Assembly: GCA_021816935.1 (NCBI GenBank)
Contig: JAKAWR010000005.1
Location: 10,256 to 74,255 of the forward strand
DNA: 64,000 bases
Origin: Actinomycetes bacterium
Lineage (GTDB): Bacteria > Actinomycetota > Acidimicrobiia > Acidimicrobiales > JAMCPL01
Direction: 5' to 3'
Positions 50,990 through 59,556 of the stretch are shown here, piece after piece. The notes below the pieces were generated by a model. The model was not told where the DNA came from. It saw only the letters and a program-made list of their open reading frames with translations, and did no database searches. The number at the start of each line of letters is the position of its first letter. Position 1 is the stretch's first letter. The translations under genes were made by a program, and so were the position numbers.

Positions 50990-51281
50990 CTCTAGCGAGC
51001 TCCACGGCGGCGGGCCGGCCGGCGGCGGATCTGGTTCAGGGGGGGCGGGCTCCGGGGGGCCGGGCGGCGGCGGATCGGCGGGGATGGGGCATCCGACGGA
51101 TGATGAGGCGGTTGCGATCATTCGTACGGCAGTGGAGATGGTCTGGCGCAGGTACGCCGCGCCGGCGGGGCAGGCGGGAGATGAGCGGGTAGCCGGCGGC
51201 GATCCTGCATCGTGGAGGTTCTCGGGGCGCTGGTGGGCCGCGCCCCATCCCTTCCATGGGAACCGGCCGGTGAGTCCGTGA
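50976..51281 (+). CDS. acyl-CoA carboxylase epsilon subunit (putative)
   Basis: Small ORF whose ATG lies 14 nt inside the end of pccB. After a Gly-rich tract comes PTDDEAVAIIRTAVEMVW...WRFSGRWW, which resembles the actinobacterial epsilon subunit pattern and position. Confidence 0.6.
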   Translation: MSRSSSSELHGGGPAGGGSGSGGAGSGGPGGGGSAGMGHPTDDEAVAIIRTAVEMVWRRYAAPAGQAGDERVAGGDPASWRFSGRWWAAPHPFHGNRPVSP

Positions 51282-51360
51282 GGTTCCGGGCAGTGGGCGT
51301 CCGGGGCAGCGAGGGTGTCCGGTTCGCCGGCGAGCCTGCGGGTTGTGAGGTTGTGAGAGG

Positions 51361-53070
51361 TTGAAACTGGCCCTTTGCCAGTTCAACCCGGTGGTTGGCG
51401 ACATTGACGGCAACGCCGCGAGGATCGTGGAGCTTTACCGGCAGGCAGAGAACTCCGGGTGCGATCTGGCCGTCTTTCCCGAGCTCGCCGTGACGGGGTA
51501 CCCGCCGGAGGACCTCGTCCTGAAGGAGTCGTTCGTCGCCGACAACCTGGCTGCACTCGCAGGTATCGCACGTGCAACGGGCGAGTGCCGTCTCCTTGTC
51601 GGATTCGTGGACCGGGTGGATGGGCAGGCGCCTGCAGGCAGGAACGCAGCGGCGATGTGCGCGGGTGGTGAGGTGATCGGCGTCTACCATAAGCGGTTGC
51701 TGCCGAACTACGGGGTTTTCGATGAGGAACGGCTCTTCCAGCCGGGATCCGGACCGTACATGATCCACGAGATCGGCGGCGTGCGTGTCGGGACGTCCAT
51801 CTGCGAAGATCTCTGGTTCGCGGGCGGCCCCGTTCTCGACCAGGCCCTCGCAGGAGCATCTCTCATCGTCACCATCAACGCGTCGCCCTACTCGGTCGGC
51901 AAGTTCGGCGAGCGCCTGTCTGTCATGCGGGAGCGTCTCGATGAGATCGCCGGGTCCGGAGGGGAGAGGCCGGTACTCGCCTACGTCAATCAGGTCGGCG
52001 GCCAGGACGAGCTGGTGTTCGACGGACGTTCGCTGGTGATGGGTCCCGGCGGGGAGATCCGGGCCATGGGTGCCTGTTTCGAGGAGGATCTGGTCGTGGT
52101 CGATCTGGCCGGGCCCGCGGAGGAGATCGGAGGCGAGCCAGGGGACGAGGTGGGAGAGGTGTACGAGGCTCTCGTGACGGGGACGCGCGATTACCTGCGC
52201 AAGAACGGTTTCGGGGAAGTCGTGATCGGTCTTTCGGGAGGGATCGATTCATCGCTGGTTGCGGTCGTAGCCGCGGACGCCATCGGTGCCGAGCACGTGC
52301 ACGGGATCGCGATGCCGTCCAGGTACTCGAGCGACGGGTCGGTGTCTGATGCAAGGGAACTGGCCTCGAACCTCGGGATCGACTTATCGGTGGTCCCCAT
52401 AGAGGAGGCGCACCGGGTCTTCTCGGCGATCACCTCTCCTGTCCTGGGGCACGATCCGGAAGGGCTGGCGGACGAGAACCTGCAGTCCCGCATACGGGGA
52501 GTGATTCTCATGGTCGTGTCGAATGCCACCGGATGGCTGGTTCTGACTACCGGCAACAAGAGCGAGCTGGCGGTCGGGTACTCGACGCTGTACGGCGACA
52601 CGGCAGGCGGCTTCGGGGTGATCAAAGACGTGCCCAAGACCCTGGTATACGAGCTCTCCCGGTACTGCAACTTGGCGGCGGGCCGGGAGCTCATACCCGA
52701 GACGGTCATCGAGAAGCCGCCCTCGGCGGAGCTGAGACCGGATCAGCGGGACGACCAGTCGCTGCCGCCCTACGACGTTCTCGATCCCATCGTCAAGAGC
52801 TTCGTCGAAGAGAACAAGTCCATTGACGATATTGTTGCGTCAGGAGGCCGGCTGGAGGAGGTGAGCCGGATTGCCAGGTTGCTCGATACGGCCGAGTACA
52901 AGCGACGCCAGTACCCCCCCGGGGTGAAGATCACGGCACGGGCATTCGGCAAGGATTGGCGGGTTCCCATAACCAACCGGTACCGGCCGCACGCCCGCCG
53001 TGGGCCGGCGCCTGGCGGGAATGGCACGGGAGGACCCGGCAGTGACGGGACCGGTGCGGAGATCGACTGA
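51361..53070 (+). CDS. nadE: glutamine-dependent NAD+ synthetase
   Basis: N-terminal CN-hydrolase domain (MKLALCQFNP...FPELAVTGY...CEDLW) and a synthetase domain with GLSGGIDSS. TTG start. Confidence 0.9.
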   Translation: MKLALCQFNPVVGDIDGNAARIVELYRQAENSGCDLAVFPELAVTGYPPEDLVLKESFVADNLAALAGIARATGECRLLVGFVDRVDGQAPAGRNAAAMCAGGEVIGVYHKRLLPNYGVFDEERLFQPGSGPYMIHEIGGVRVGTSICEDLWFAGGPVLDQALAGASLIVTINASPYSVGKFGERLSVMRERLDEIAGSGGERPVLAYVNQVGGQDELVFDGRSLVMGPGGEIRAMGACFEEDLVVVDLAGPAEEIGGEPGDEVGEVYEALVTGTRDYLRKNGFGEVVIGLSGGIDSSLVAVVAADAIGAEHVHGIAMPSRYSSDGSVSDARELASNLGIDLSVVPIEEAHRVFSAITSPVLGHDPEGLADENLQSRIRGVILMVVSNATGWLVLTTGNKSELAVGYSTLYGDTAGGFGVIKDVPKTLVYELSRYCNLAAGRELIPETVIEKPPSAELRPDQRDDQSLPPYDVLDPIVKSFVEENKSIDDIVASGGRLEEVSRIARLLDTAEYKRRQYPPGVKITARAFGKDWRVPITNRYRPHARRGPAPGGNGTGGPGSDGTGAEID

Positions 53071-53072
53071 AC

Positions 53073-53858
53073 ATGCCGGCGCACCTTGATGCCCACTTTC
53101 GCCAGGCACTGCTCCGGCTGGGCGCGGGCGCGCCCGGAGCGGGCATTGCCGGCGGCCTGATCGGAGAGAGCGCAGCCGGTGGTGCTGATGGAACCGGCGG
53201 CACCGGCGCTGTCCGTCACGGGTTTGCCGGTACCGGCGGGGAACGCGGCCCGATCACCCTCGTTGAGTCGGTGCCAGCGCTGGCGGCCTGCGCGTGGATC
53301 GAGAGGCGGCTCTTCGAATTGGTTGGGGCGTGGGCGAGAGAGGCCGAAGAGCCGGAGGCGGCCCTGCTGTTCGATGCCGAGAGCAGGTCGCACGGTTGGA
53401 GCTCGAGCATGCTCGCCGCCGAGCTCCCGCTGGAAGGGTCCATGCGTGCGGCCGGCTCCGATCCGAGTGGTGATCTGCTGCGGAGCGGCGCCGTGCCCTC
53501 TCTCGTAAGCGACGGAGCCCGGAGCGCGCTCGCCACGTTGGAGGAGAAGGCGAGCAGCACACGCCGCGCCGGTTCCCTGTGCAGGGTCCTCCTTCCGAGG
53601 TTGCAGATTACCTACCGCTCCTTTGCCCTGCGCCTGCCCGACGTGGCGGCAGCCTCGATGTCACGAGCGGTTGCCGTGGTTGCGGCCGAGACGTCAGACC
53701 TGCGTGACGCAGCGGAAGTTATCTTTCAGGCGCTGCTTGGCCGGGCGGCTGGCGGCACCGCTCATCAGACAGCCGAGTTGGCTGAGACAGTCGCGACCTT
53801 GGAAGCGGCGCTGGCCGCTCAGCCTCGCACTGCGACAGCGAGTGATCCGGCCCCGTAG
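53073..53858 (+). CDS. hypothetical protein, start 2 nt after the nadE stop
   Basis: 261-aa Ala/Gly-rich ORF with plausible codon usage and no motif I recognise. Confidence 0.45.
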   Translation: MPAHLDAHFRQALLRLGAGAPGAGIAGGLIGESAAGGADGTGGTGAVRHGFAGTGGERGPITLVESVPALAACAWIERRLFELVGAWAREAEEPEAALLFDAESRSHGWSSSMLAAELPLEGSMRAAGSDPSGDLLRSGAVPSLVSDGARSALATLEEKASSTRRAGSLCRVLLPRLQITYRSFALRLPDVAAASMSRAVAVVAAETSDLRDAAEVIFQALLGRAAGGTAHQTAELAETVATLEAALAAQPRTATASDPAP

Positions 53859-54101
53859 CCGAAGACCTTCGTTGCCTCCCGGTTATCCCGGGATAGTGAC
53901 CGCGGGGGCAGCTAGTGCATGCATCCGGAGAACCTTCAGGCGCAACCGGTGGAGTGCTGCGCGGTAGACTCGCCGGGAGATGTAGAGGCACTTTCCCCGG
54001 GCCGTGGGTACGCCGGGAGCGTCAGGGTGCCGGGGCGGCATTGCCCGTCGACCGGAAAGTGCTTGCAAAGAAGGACAGGTTCGGCAGTGATCGGCAAGTC
54101 A

Positions 54102-55367
54102 ATGAGTTCCATCAAGACCCCGAGGGGCAACGTGGCGGTAATCGGGCAGGGTCACGTCGGGCTCAGGGTCGCCCTGCGGGCTGCCGAGGTCGGGTGGCAG
54201 GTTGCCGGCTACGACGTCGACGAGGGCCGGGTGAAAGAGCTGCGCGCTGCGTCGGGATCGATGGACGGCATCGACCGCGAGAGGCTCCGTGGCGTCGTTG
54301 AAGGCGGGAGCTACATGCCGACCGCTCGCGCGGCGGACGTCGCAGGGTTCGATGTTGCGGTCATTGCCGTTCCCACGCCGGTCGATGCCGGCGCCATCCG
54401 GCCGGACATGTCCCACGTCGAGGATGCAGCCCGCCTAGCCGGGGCCCACTTGAGAGCTGGGGCCGTCGTGTCCGTCGAGTCGACCGTCTATCCGGGTGCA
54501 ACCGAGGAGGTCGTAAGGCCGCTTCTCGAGGCAGCTTCGGGGCTTGCTGCGGGGACGGATTTCCATCTTGGCCACAGCCCCGAGCGCATCGACACGGGGA
54601 ACTCGGTCTACACTTTCGAGAACACCCCGAAGCTTGTTTCGGGAGTGAGCGCCGGCTCTCTCGAGGCGCTGGCCGGTTTCTACTCCACCCTCGTCGAGAG
54701 CGTAGTGAAGGTGCCCGGTGTTGCCGAGGCCGAGCTGGCAAAAATCATCGAGAACACCTTCCGCGAGGTGAACGTCGCGTTCGTCAACGAGATCGCGGCC
54801 GCGGCTGCGGCGCTCGGGATCGATGCAGGCGAAGCTTTTGCCGCCGCCGCCACGAAGCCCTTCGGCTTCCTGCCCTTTACGCCGGGGCCGGGTGCTGGAG
54901 GCCATTGCCTCGTCGGAGCTGCAACCTATCTGGCCTGGATGGGCCGTGAGCGCGCCGGATCGCCGCTGCAGGTGGTGGAGGCGTCGCTTGCGGCGAACCG
55001 CCGGATGACCGCCGGAATGGTACAGAGGATCCATGAAGGGATCAGGTTGCGGGGCGGTGATCTCGCGGGGTCCAGGGTGCTCCTTCTCGGCCTCGCGTAC
55101 AAGGCGGGCGTGTCGCAGACCGAGAGCTCACCGGCAGTTGCACTTGCCAACGCGCTCGTGGAAACGGGAGCAGAGGTGATGGCCGCGGACCCCTATGTCG
55201 GGGAGTGCCGCGAGCTGTCGCCTGCAGTGGCGAGGGTAGAGGCTAGCGGTGCGCTTGCCCGCCAGGTGGACGCCGTCGTCCTGCTGGTCGACCACCCCGG
55301 CTTCGACCTGCGCGAGTTGTTCGATACACCGGCGTTCGTGCTCAATATGCGACCCACGGCCAGCTGA
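54102..55367 (+). CDS. nucleotide-sugar (UDP-glucose/GDP-mannose family) dehydrogenase
   Basis: Rossmann motif VAVIGQGHVGL and a catalytic-region GGHCL. I place the start at the ATG giving MSSIKTPRGN. The track ORF starts at 53919. Confidence 0.82.
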   Translation: MSSIKTPRGNVAVIGQGHVGLRVALRAAEVGWQVAGYDVDEGRVKELRAASGSMDGIDRERLRGVVEGGSYMPTARAADVAGFDVAVIAVPTPVDAGAIRPDMSHVEDAARLAGAHLRAGAVVSVESTVYPGATEEVVRPLLEAASGLAAGTDFHLGHSPERIDTGNSVYTFENTPKLVSGVSAGSLEALAGFYSTLVESVVKVPGVAEAELAKIIENTFREVNVAFVNEIAAAAAALGIDAGEAFAAAATKPFGFLPFTPGPGAGGHCLVGAATYLAWMGRERAGSPLQVVEASLAANRRMTAGMVQRIHEGIRLRGGDLAGSRVLLLGLAYKAGVSQTESSPAVALANALVETGAEVMAADPYVGECRELSPAVARVEASGALARQVDAVVLLVDHPGFDLRELFDTPAFVLNMRPTAS

Positions 55368-55374
55368 GCCGCCA

Positions 55375-56724
55375 GTGGCAGAAGGGGCCCCGGCTGCCGT
55401 AAGGGTCGTCCAGCTTGCCACCCGGCTGAATATAGGCGGGCCGGCGCGAGCCATCATCGAGCTTGCGAAAGGGCTTCCACGCCTAGGCGTAGGCGGGGCC
55501 GGAGTGGGCAGTTCCGGAGAAGGTGGGTCCCGCTTCGAGGTGACTGTTGCCGCCGGGACGGCGGCCGTGAGCGAGGGCGAGATGTCTGATCCGGAGGTTC
55601 CTGTCGAGGGGCTTCCCCTTGCAAGGCGGATTGATCCGATCACCGATGTACAGGCTCTGGCGGCTGTTCGTTGGCTCATTGCAGGGCATACGGCCGGTAC
55701 CGGCAGGGAGAGCGGGGCTGAATCGGCGGCGGGGCGGCAGGTATTTCGTGCCCGCCGGTTTCCCGGACGCGAAGCCGCGGTATTCGACGTCGTTCACACT
55801 CATATGGCAAAAGCAGGCGCCCTGGGACGCCTGGCTGCGCGCAGCTTCCGTCCCCGTCCAGTCACGGTACACACCTTTCACGGCCATGTGCTGGAGGGGT
55901 ACTTCAGTCGCCCGGCTGAGCGGGTTCTTGTCGCGGCCGAGAGGGTGCTCGCTGCTATGTCCGATGCGCTGGTCGCCGTCAGTGCCGAAATCAGGGACGA
56001 GCTGCTCTCGATGAGGATCGGCCGGCCGGGACAGTGGCACGTGATCCCGCTCGGTCTCGACCTCGACGGGTACCTGGCGGTTCCTGCTCCCGGCGAAGCG
56101 GTTCCAGCCTCCGGCGAACAAGAGCGGGGTTCATCCACCCGGCCGGACGTTGCCATGCGGGAGAGCCTGGACATTCCTTCCGGAGCGCCAGTCGTGGGGA
56201 TGATCGGCCGCCTGGTTCCCGTGAAGGACCATCACACTGCGTTTACGGCCATCGCCCGGACACCAGGCGTTCACTTGCTGGTGGTCGGTGACGGCGACGA
56301 GCGCGGCCGTCTCGAGTCGTACGCCGGCTCGCTCGGGATTGCGGACCGGGTGCGTTTCCTCGGGTGGCGCCATGACCTTCCCGAGCTTCTTGCGGCAATT
56401 GACGTGGTCGTGCTCACCAGTACCAACGAAGGGACCCCCGCCGCTCTCATCGAGGCTTCGGCGGCAGCGAGGCCCGTCGTGGCCACCCGGGCCGGCGGTG
56501 TGCCGGATGTCGTGATCGACGGCACCAGCGGGTTACTCGTGCCGCCCGGAGCCCCCGAGGCCCTTGCCGGCGCGCTGGCACGCCTCATCTCCGATCCCGC
56601 TGCCCGCCGGGATATGGGTATTGCGGGACGGGATCACGTAGCCTCGCGTTATGGCGCAGGCCGGTTCGTTGCCGGTACCGCTGCTCTTTACGAGGAGCTA
56701 CTGGAGGCCCGCCGGCACCGGTGA
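55375..56724 (+). CDS. GT4-family glycosyltransferase
   Basis: The C-terminal EGTPAALIEASAAARPVVATRAGGVPDVV (E-x7-E type) and N-terminal QLATRLNIGGPA. The GTG start at 55375 lies just after the upstream stop. Confidence 0.8.
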   Translation: MAEGAPAAVRVVQLATRLNIGGPARAIIELAKGLPRLGVGGAGVGSSGEGGSRFEVTVAAGTAAVSEGEMSDPEVPVEGLPLARRIDPITDVQALAAVRWLIAGHTAGTGRESGAESAAGRQVFRARRFPGREAAVFDVVHTHMAKAGALGRLAARSFRPRPVTVHTFHGHVLEGYFSRPAERVLVAAERVLAAMSDALVAVSAEIRDELLSMRIGRPGQWHVIPLGLDLDGYLAVPAPGEAVPASGEQERGSSTRPDVAMRESLDIPSGAPVVGMIGRLVPVKDHHTAFTAIARTPGVHLLVVGDGDERGRLESYAGSLGIADRVRFLGWRHDLPELLAAIDVVVLTSTNEGTPAALIEASAAARPVVATRAGGVPDVVIDGTSGLLVPPGAPEALAGALARLISDPAARRDMGIAGRDHVASRYGAGRFVAGTAALYEELLEARRHR

Positions 56725-58277
56725 CGGAGTATCCTTTGCAGAGCGCCGATTCCGGTAACGGTAATCCGGTCGTCGTGATCGGTGCCGGGCCGGCCGGCCT
56801 GACGGCCGCGTACGAGCTTGGCAAGCGGGGCCGGGGTGCCGTCGTCCTGGAGTCAGACGGTGTTGTGGGTGGTCTTTCGAGGACTGTCGTGAGCGACGGA
56901 TGGCGCTTCGATCTCGGCGGGCACCGCTTCTTTACCAAGGTTCCGGCGGTCGAGGCTCTCTGGCGGGAGATCCTCCCAGGCGGGGATTTCGTCACCAGGC
57001 GGCGTATGAGCCGTATCTACTACGAGGGCAGGTTCTACGATTACCCCCTGAAGGCTGCAAATGTCTTGGCCAACCTCGGTCCACTGGAGGCGGCCAGATG
57101 CGTGGCGTCCTATGCGTGGGCGAAGGTGCATCCGCCGGGCGATCTCGATTCGTTCGAGGGCTGGGTGGCGGCGCGCTTCGGCAGGCGCCTCTACGGCAAA
57201 TTCTTCAAGGACTATACCGAGAAGGTGTGGGGGGTCCCCGCTACTTCGATCGGCGCGGACTGGGCAGCCCAGAGGATCAGGAACCTGTCGCTCGGAAGAG
57301 CAGCGGTGCGGGCGCTCCTACCAGGGTTAAGGGATCGGCGTGACGTGGCAAGCCTCATCGAGACCTTCGAGTACCCGCGGCTCGGACCGGGGATGATGTG
57401 GGAGGCGTGCGCACGCAGGATCACGGCGATGGGGGGAAGGATCCTGCTTGGGAGCCCCGTTGAGCGCGTGGCCTGTGAAGCCGGCCGCCTGAGGTCGGTC
57501 GTCTACCGGACCCGGCGGGGGCACGCCGAGATCGCGGCGCCGGCCCTGATCTCCTCGATGCCGCTTGGCGAGCTCGCGCGGGCACTCGATCCTTCGCCGC
57601 CCGAGAACGTGCTCCAGGCGGCAGGATCGCTTTCGTACAGGGCTCATCTGACGGTGGCACTCGTGGTCCCGTCCGGCGCCGGCTTCCCGGACAACTGGAT
57701 CTACGTCCACGATCCCAGGGTCAAGGTGGGGCGCATCCAGAACTTCGGCTCGTGGTCTCCCTGGATGGTCAGGGATGGCCAGACCTGCCTCGGTATGGAG
57801 TATTTCCTTTTCGAGGGGGACGATCTGTGGCGGGACAGCGATGCGGATCTCGTCGAGATGGCGATAGGCGAGCTTCGCATGATCGGACTAGCCGGGAGCG
57901 CTGATGTCGAGTCAGGTTATGCCGTCCGCATGGCCAAGGCTTATCCCGTGTACGACGAGGCCTACGCCGATGCGGTCGATTCAATTCGGGACTGGATAGA
58001 GCGGCATGCCGCCGGCGTCCATCCCGTCGGGCGCAACGGCATGCATAGGTACAACAACCAGGATCACTCCATGCTTACTGCGATGCTGGCGGTGGAGAAC
58101 ATAGTGGATGGCACCTGCCACGACATCTGGTCGGTCAATGTGGAGGCGGAATACCTCGAGGAGCACCGGGCCGGGGGCGTATGCTGTAGTGGGGCCACGG
58201 CTGGTGCCAACGGATCGAGCATGCGGGAAGCGGGTGAAACGGGCCGCGCGGCACCGGTCGTTCGCCTGCGGGCATGA
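56721..58277 (+). CDS. FAD-dependent oxidoreductase (amine-oxidase / UDP-galactopyranose-mutase-like)
   Basis: Dinucleotide motif VVVIGAGPAGLTAAYEL, VLESDGVVGGLSRT, and FDLGGHRFF. The GTG start overlaps the GT4 stop (GTGA). Confidence 0.78.
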   Translation: MTEYPLQSADSGNGNPVVVIGAGPAGLTAAYELGKRGRGAVVLESDGVVGGLSRTVVSDGWRFDLGGHRFFTKVPAVEALWREILPGGDFVTRRRMSRIYYEGRFYDYPLKAANVLANLGPLEAARCVASYAWAKVHPPGDLDSFEGWVAARFGRRLYGKFFKDYTEKVWGVPATSIGADWAAQRIRNLSLGRAAVRALLPGLRDRRDVASLIETFEYPRLGPGMMWEACARRITAMGGRILLGSPVERVACEAGRLRSVVYRTRRGHAEIAAPALISSMPLGELARALDPSPPENVLQAAGSLSYRAHLTVALVVPSGAGFPDNWIYVHDPRVKVGRIQNFGSWSPWMVRDGQTCLGMEYFLFEGDDLWRDSDADLVEMAIGELRMIGLAGSADVESGYAVRMAKAYPVYDEAYADAVDSIRDWIERHAAGVHPVGRNGMHRYNNQDHSMLTAMLAVENIVDGTCHDIWSVNVEAEYLEEHRAGGVCCSGATAGANGSSMREAGETGRAAPVVRLRA

Positions 58278-58480
58278 ACCCTGGGGGACTGCTGTCGCCG
58301 GCCGCCCGGATCGCCAGTCTCATTATCAGGCATTTCTATACCAGCATACTTTTACGCCATGGCCTCTGACCTGCATAACTACATGTATGTCATTTCTTAT
58401 GTGTTAGCCGTTATCACCCGTAGAAGGCACGTTTGTAGGCACGACATATCGTGATGCAATGTTATGTTGCGATGCCAAGA

Positions 58481-58540
58481 CGGGACGTGGCGGGACGGTG
58501 CGGGACGGGACGTGGCGGCGCGGGACGGGGGGAGACGGAG
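58481..58540. repeat. degenerate 10-bp tandem repeat CGGGACGKKG
   Basis: cgggacgtgg cgggacggtg cgggacggga cgtggcggcg cgggacgggg, immediately after an AT-rich stretch (58320-58470). Confidence 0.7.
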
Positions 58541-58704
58541 GTACAAGCGGGGCACCGGGTGCTCCTGGCGTCCTTGTGCCCGTGTGCCGTGGCAGGGGCC
58601 AGGGGTGGACCTGGCGGGCCGAGCGGGCCTGGGGTGCCCGGGATTCGTCAGACGTGCCAGTCATCCGCCGTCGCAGACCAGATCCCCGTCGGCCCCGGGG
58701 GGTG

Positions 58705-58933
58705 CCCTAGCATCACGCAACGTCACGTGACGCAATATCGCTCCGAGCAGGGCGAACGTCACGTGCGCCGATTGGGGCGTCATATGCGTGACGTACTATC
58801 GCAACACGACCAACAATAACGTCACGTGACGCACCAGCGCCCTTACCAGAGACAACGTCACGTGCCAACGCTCTGAGTAGGGCGAACGTCACGGCCGTCA
58901 CAGAACTATCGTAACACGACCAGAAACCCTAGG
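58705..58933. promoter_or_regulatory. array of CGTCACGTGACG palindromes / CGTCA half-sites (candidate protein-binding array)
   Basis: Perfect 12-bp palindromes at 58721-58732 and 58820-58831. Related sites at 58757, 58778-58793, 58856 and 58887-58901. All sit within an imperfect ~100-130 bp direct duplication flanked by CCCTAG. Confidence 0.55.
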
Positions 58934-58954
58934 TGCATCGGTGGCGACCGCCTG

Positions 58955-59131
58955 ACCCACTCTCCCCTCCCCAACCTCTCACCCCCTCCCCAAACCTCTC
59001 TTTTGCTCTCTCTTTCCCTACCCCAACCTCTCTCTTCCACCCAACCTCTCACACCTCCCCACCACCCTCCTTACCACCCTCCTTACCACACCTCTCCCTA
59101 CCACCCACCTACCACCTACCACCTACCCTTC
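58955..59131 (+). repeat. 177-nt C/T/A-only (virtually G-free) low-complexity tract
   Basis: There is a single G (59005) in 177 nt. Internal sub-repeats are CCAACCTCTC, CACCCTCCTTAC x2 and CACCTAC x3. The complementary strand is G-rich and C-free. Confidence 0.9.
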
Positions 59132-59386
59132 GATATTCGATTTCCAGTAATGATCCCCCCCAACGTTATTGTGGTTGTATCGCAGTGCACGTGAGAACGC
59201 CGGACACCTGCGCTGCCTGATGCGCGCTTGGAATGGTGGGCGGGAGCGGTCGGGGCGGGAGCGGTCGGGCGATCGCTCGTCGGTGGTCGTGGTGGCTCCC
59301 CCGCAGGGGCTCTCGCTCATACATGTCGACTACTGACGCGGCTAGTGCTTGGCCGTATCGGTCCGCGGCCACCAACTACAAATCGT

Positions 59387-59422
59387 TTGCATTAATTGCC
59401 GTGGCGTGCTACACTGACGTCA
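59387..59422 (+). promoter_or_regulatory. candidate promoter plus TGACGTCA palindrome upstream of the surface-protein gene
   Basis: TTGCAT (59387-59392), a 17-nt spacer, TACACT (59410-59415), then TGACGTCA (59415-59422), followed by GCGCAAGGGAC x2 (59430-59451). Confidence 0.45.
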
Positions 59423-59556
59423 TCTTGGCGCGCAAGGGACGCGCAAGGGACGGTTGCAGATGGCTAGATCGTCTAGGTAAGTCATACGGTTGGATACCGA
59501 GGAGCGCAACGGGGAAGGAACCGGGTTGCCGGCCTCCAGAGGGGTGCGGGCGGTCA

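Noticed and set aside
58383-58454. 23-codon mini-ORF MYVISYVLAVITRRRHVCRHDIS in the AT-rich segment (type I toxin-like?)
   Set aside because: The hydrophobic stretch is only ~11 residues, too short for a membrane helix, and I saw no Shine-Dalgarno or antisense-RNA structure.
58451-58819. Three overlapping plus-strand ORFs and one minus-strand ORF in the GC-rich repeat segment
   Set aside because: All frames are open at once, the composition is repeat-driven (GGGACG decamers), and there are no start signals. They look like by-products of the sequence composition.
58705-58933. Possibility that the palindrome array is a CRISPR array
   Set aside because: Only two identical 16-mers are present, spacing is irregular, the repeats are short perfect palindromes embedded in a duplication, and no cas genes are nearby.
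58933-59220. Pro-rich ORFs (95 aa and 63 aa) across the G-free tract
   Set aside because: All three frames are open simply because G, and hence most stop contexts, is absent. There is no RBS or signal peptide, and codons such as TTA, CTA and TCT are atypical for this genome. I treat it as non-coding, but this remains testable.
59233-59556. First 108 codons of track ORF 59233..61197
   Set aside because: This part runs through tandem repeats and the promoter-like region and encodes Arg/Gly/Trp-rich sequence with no signal peptide. The recognisable protein begins near 59557.
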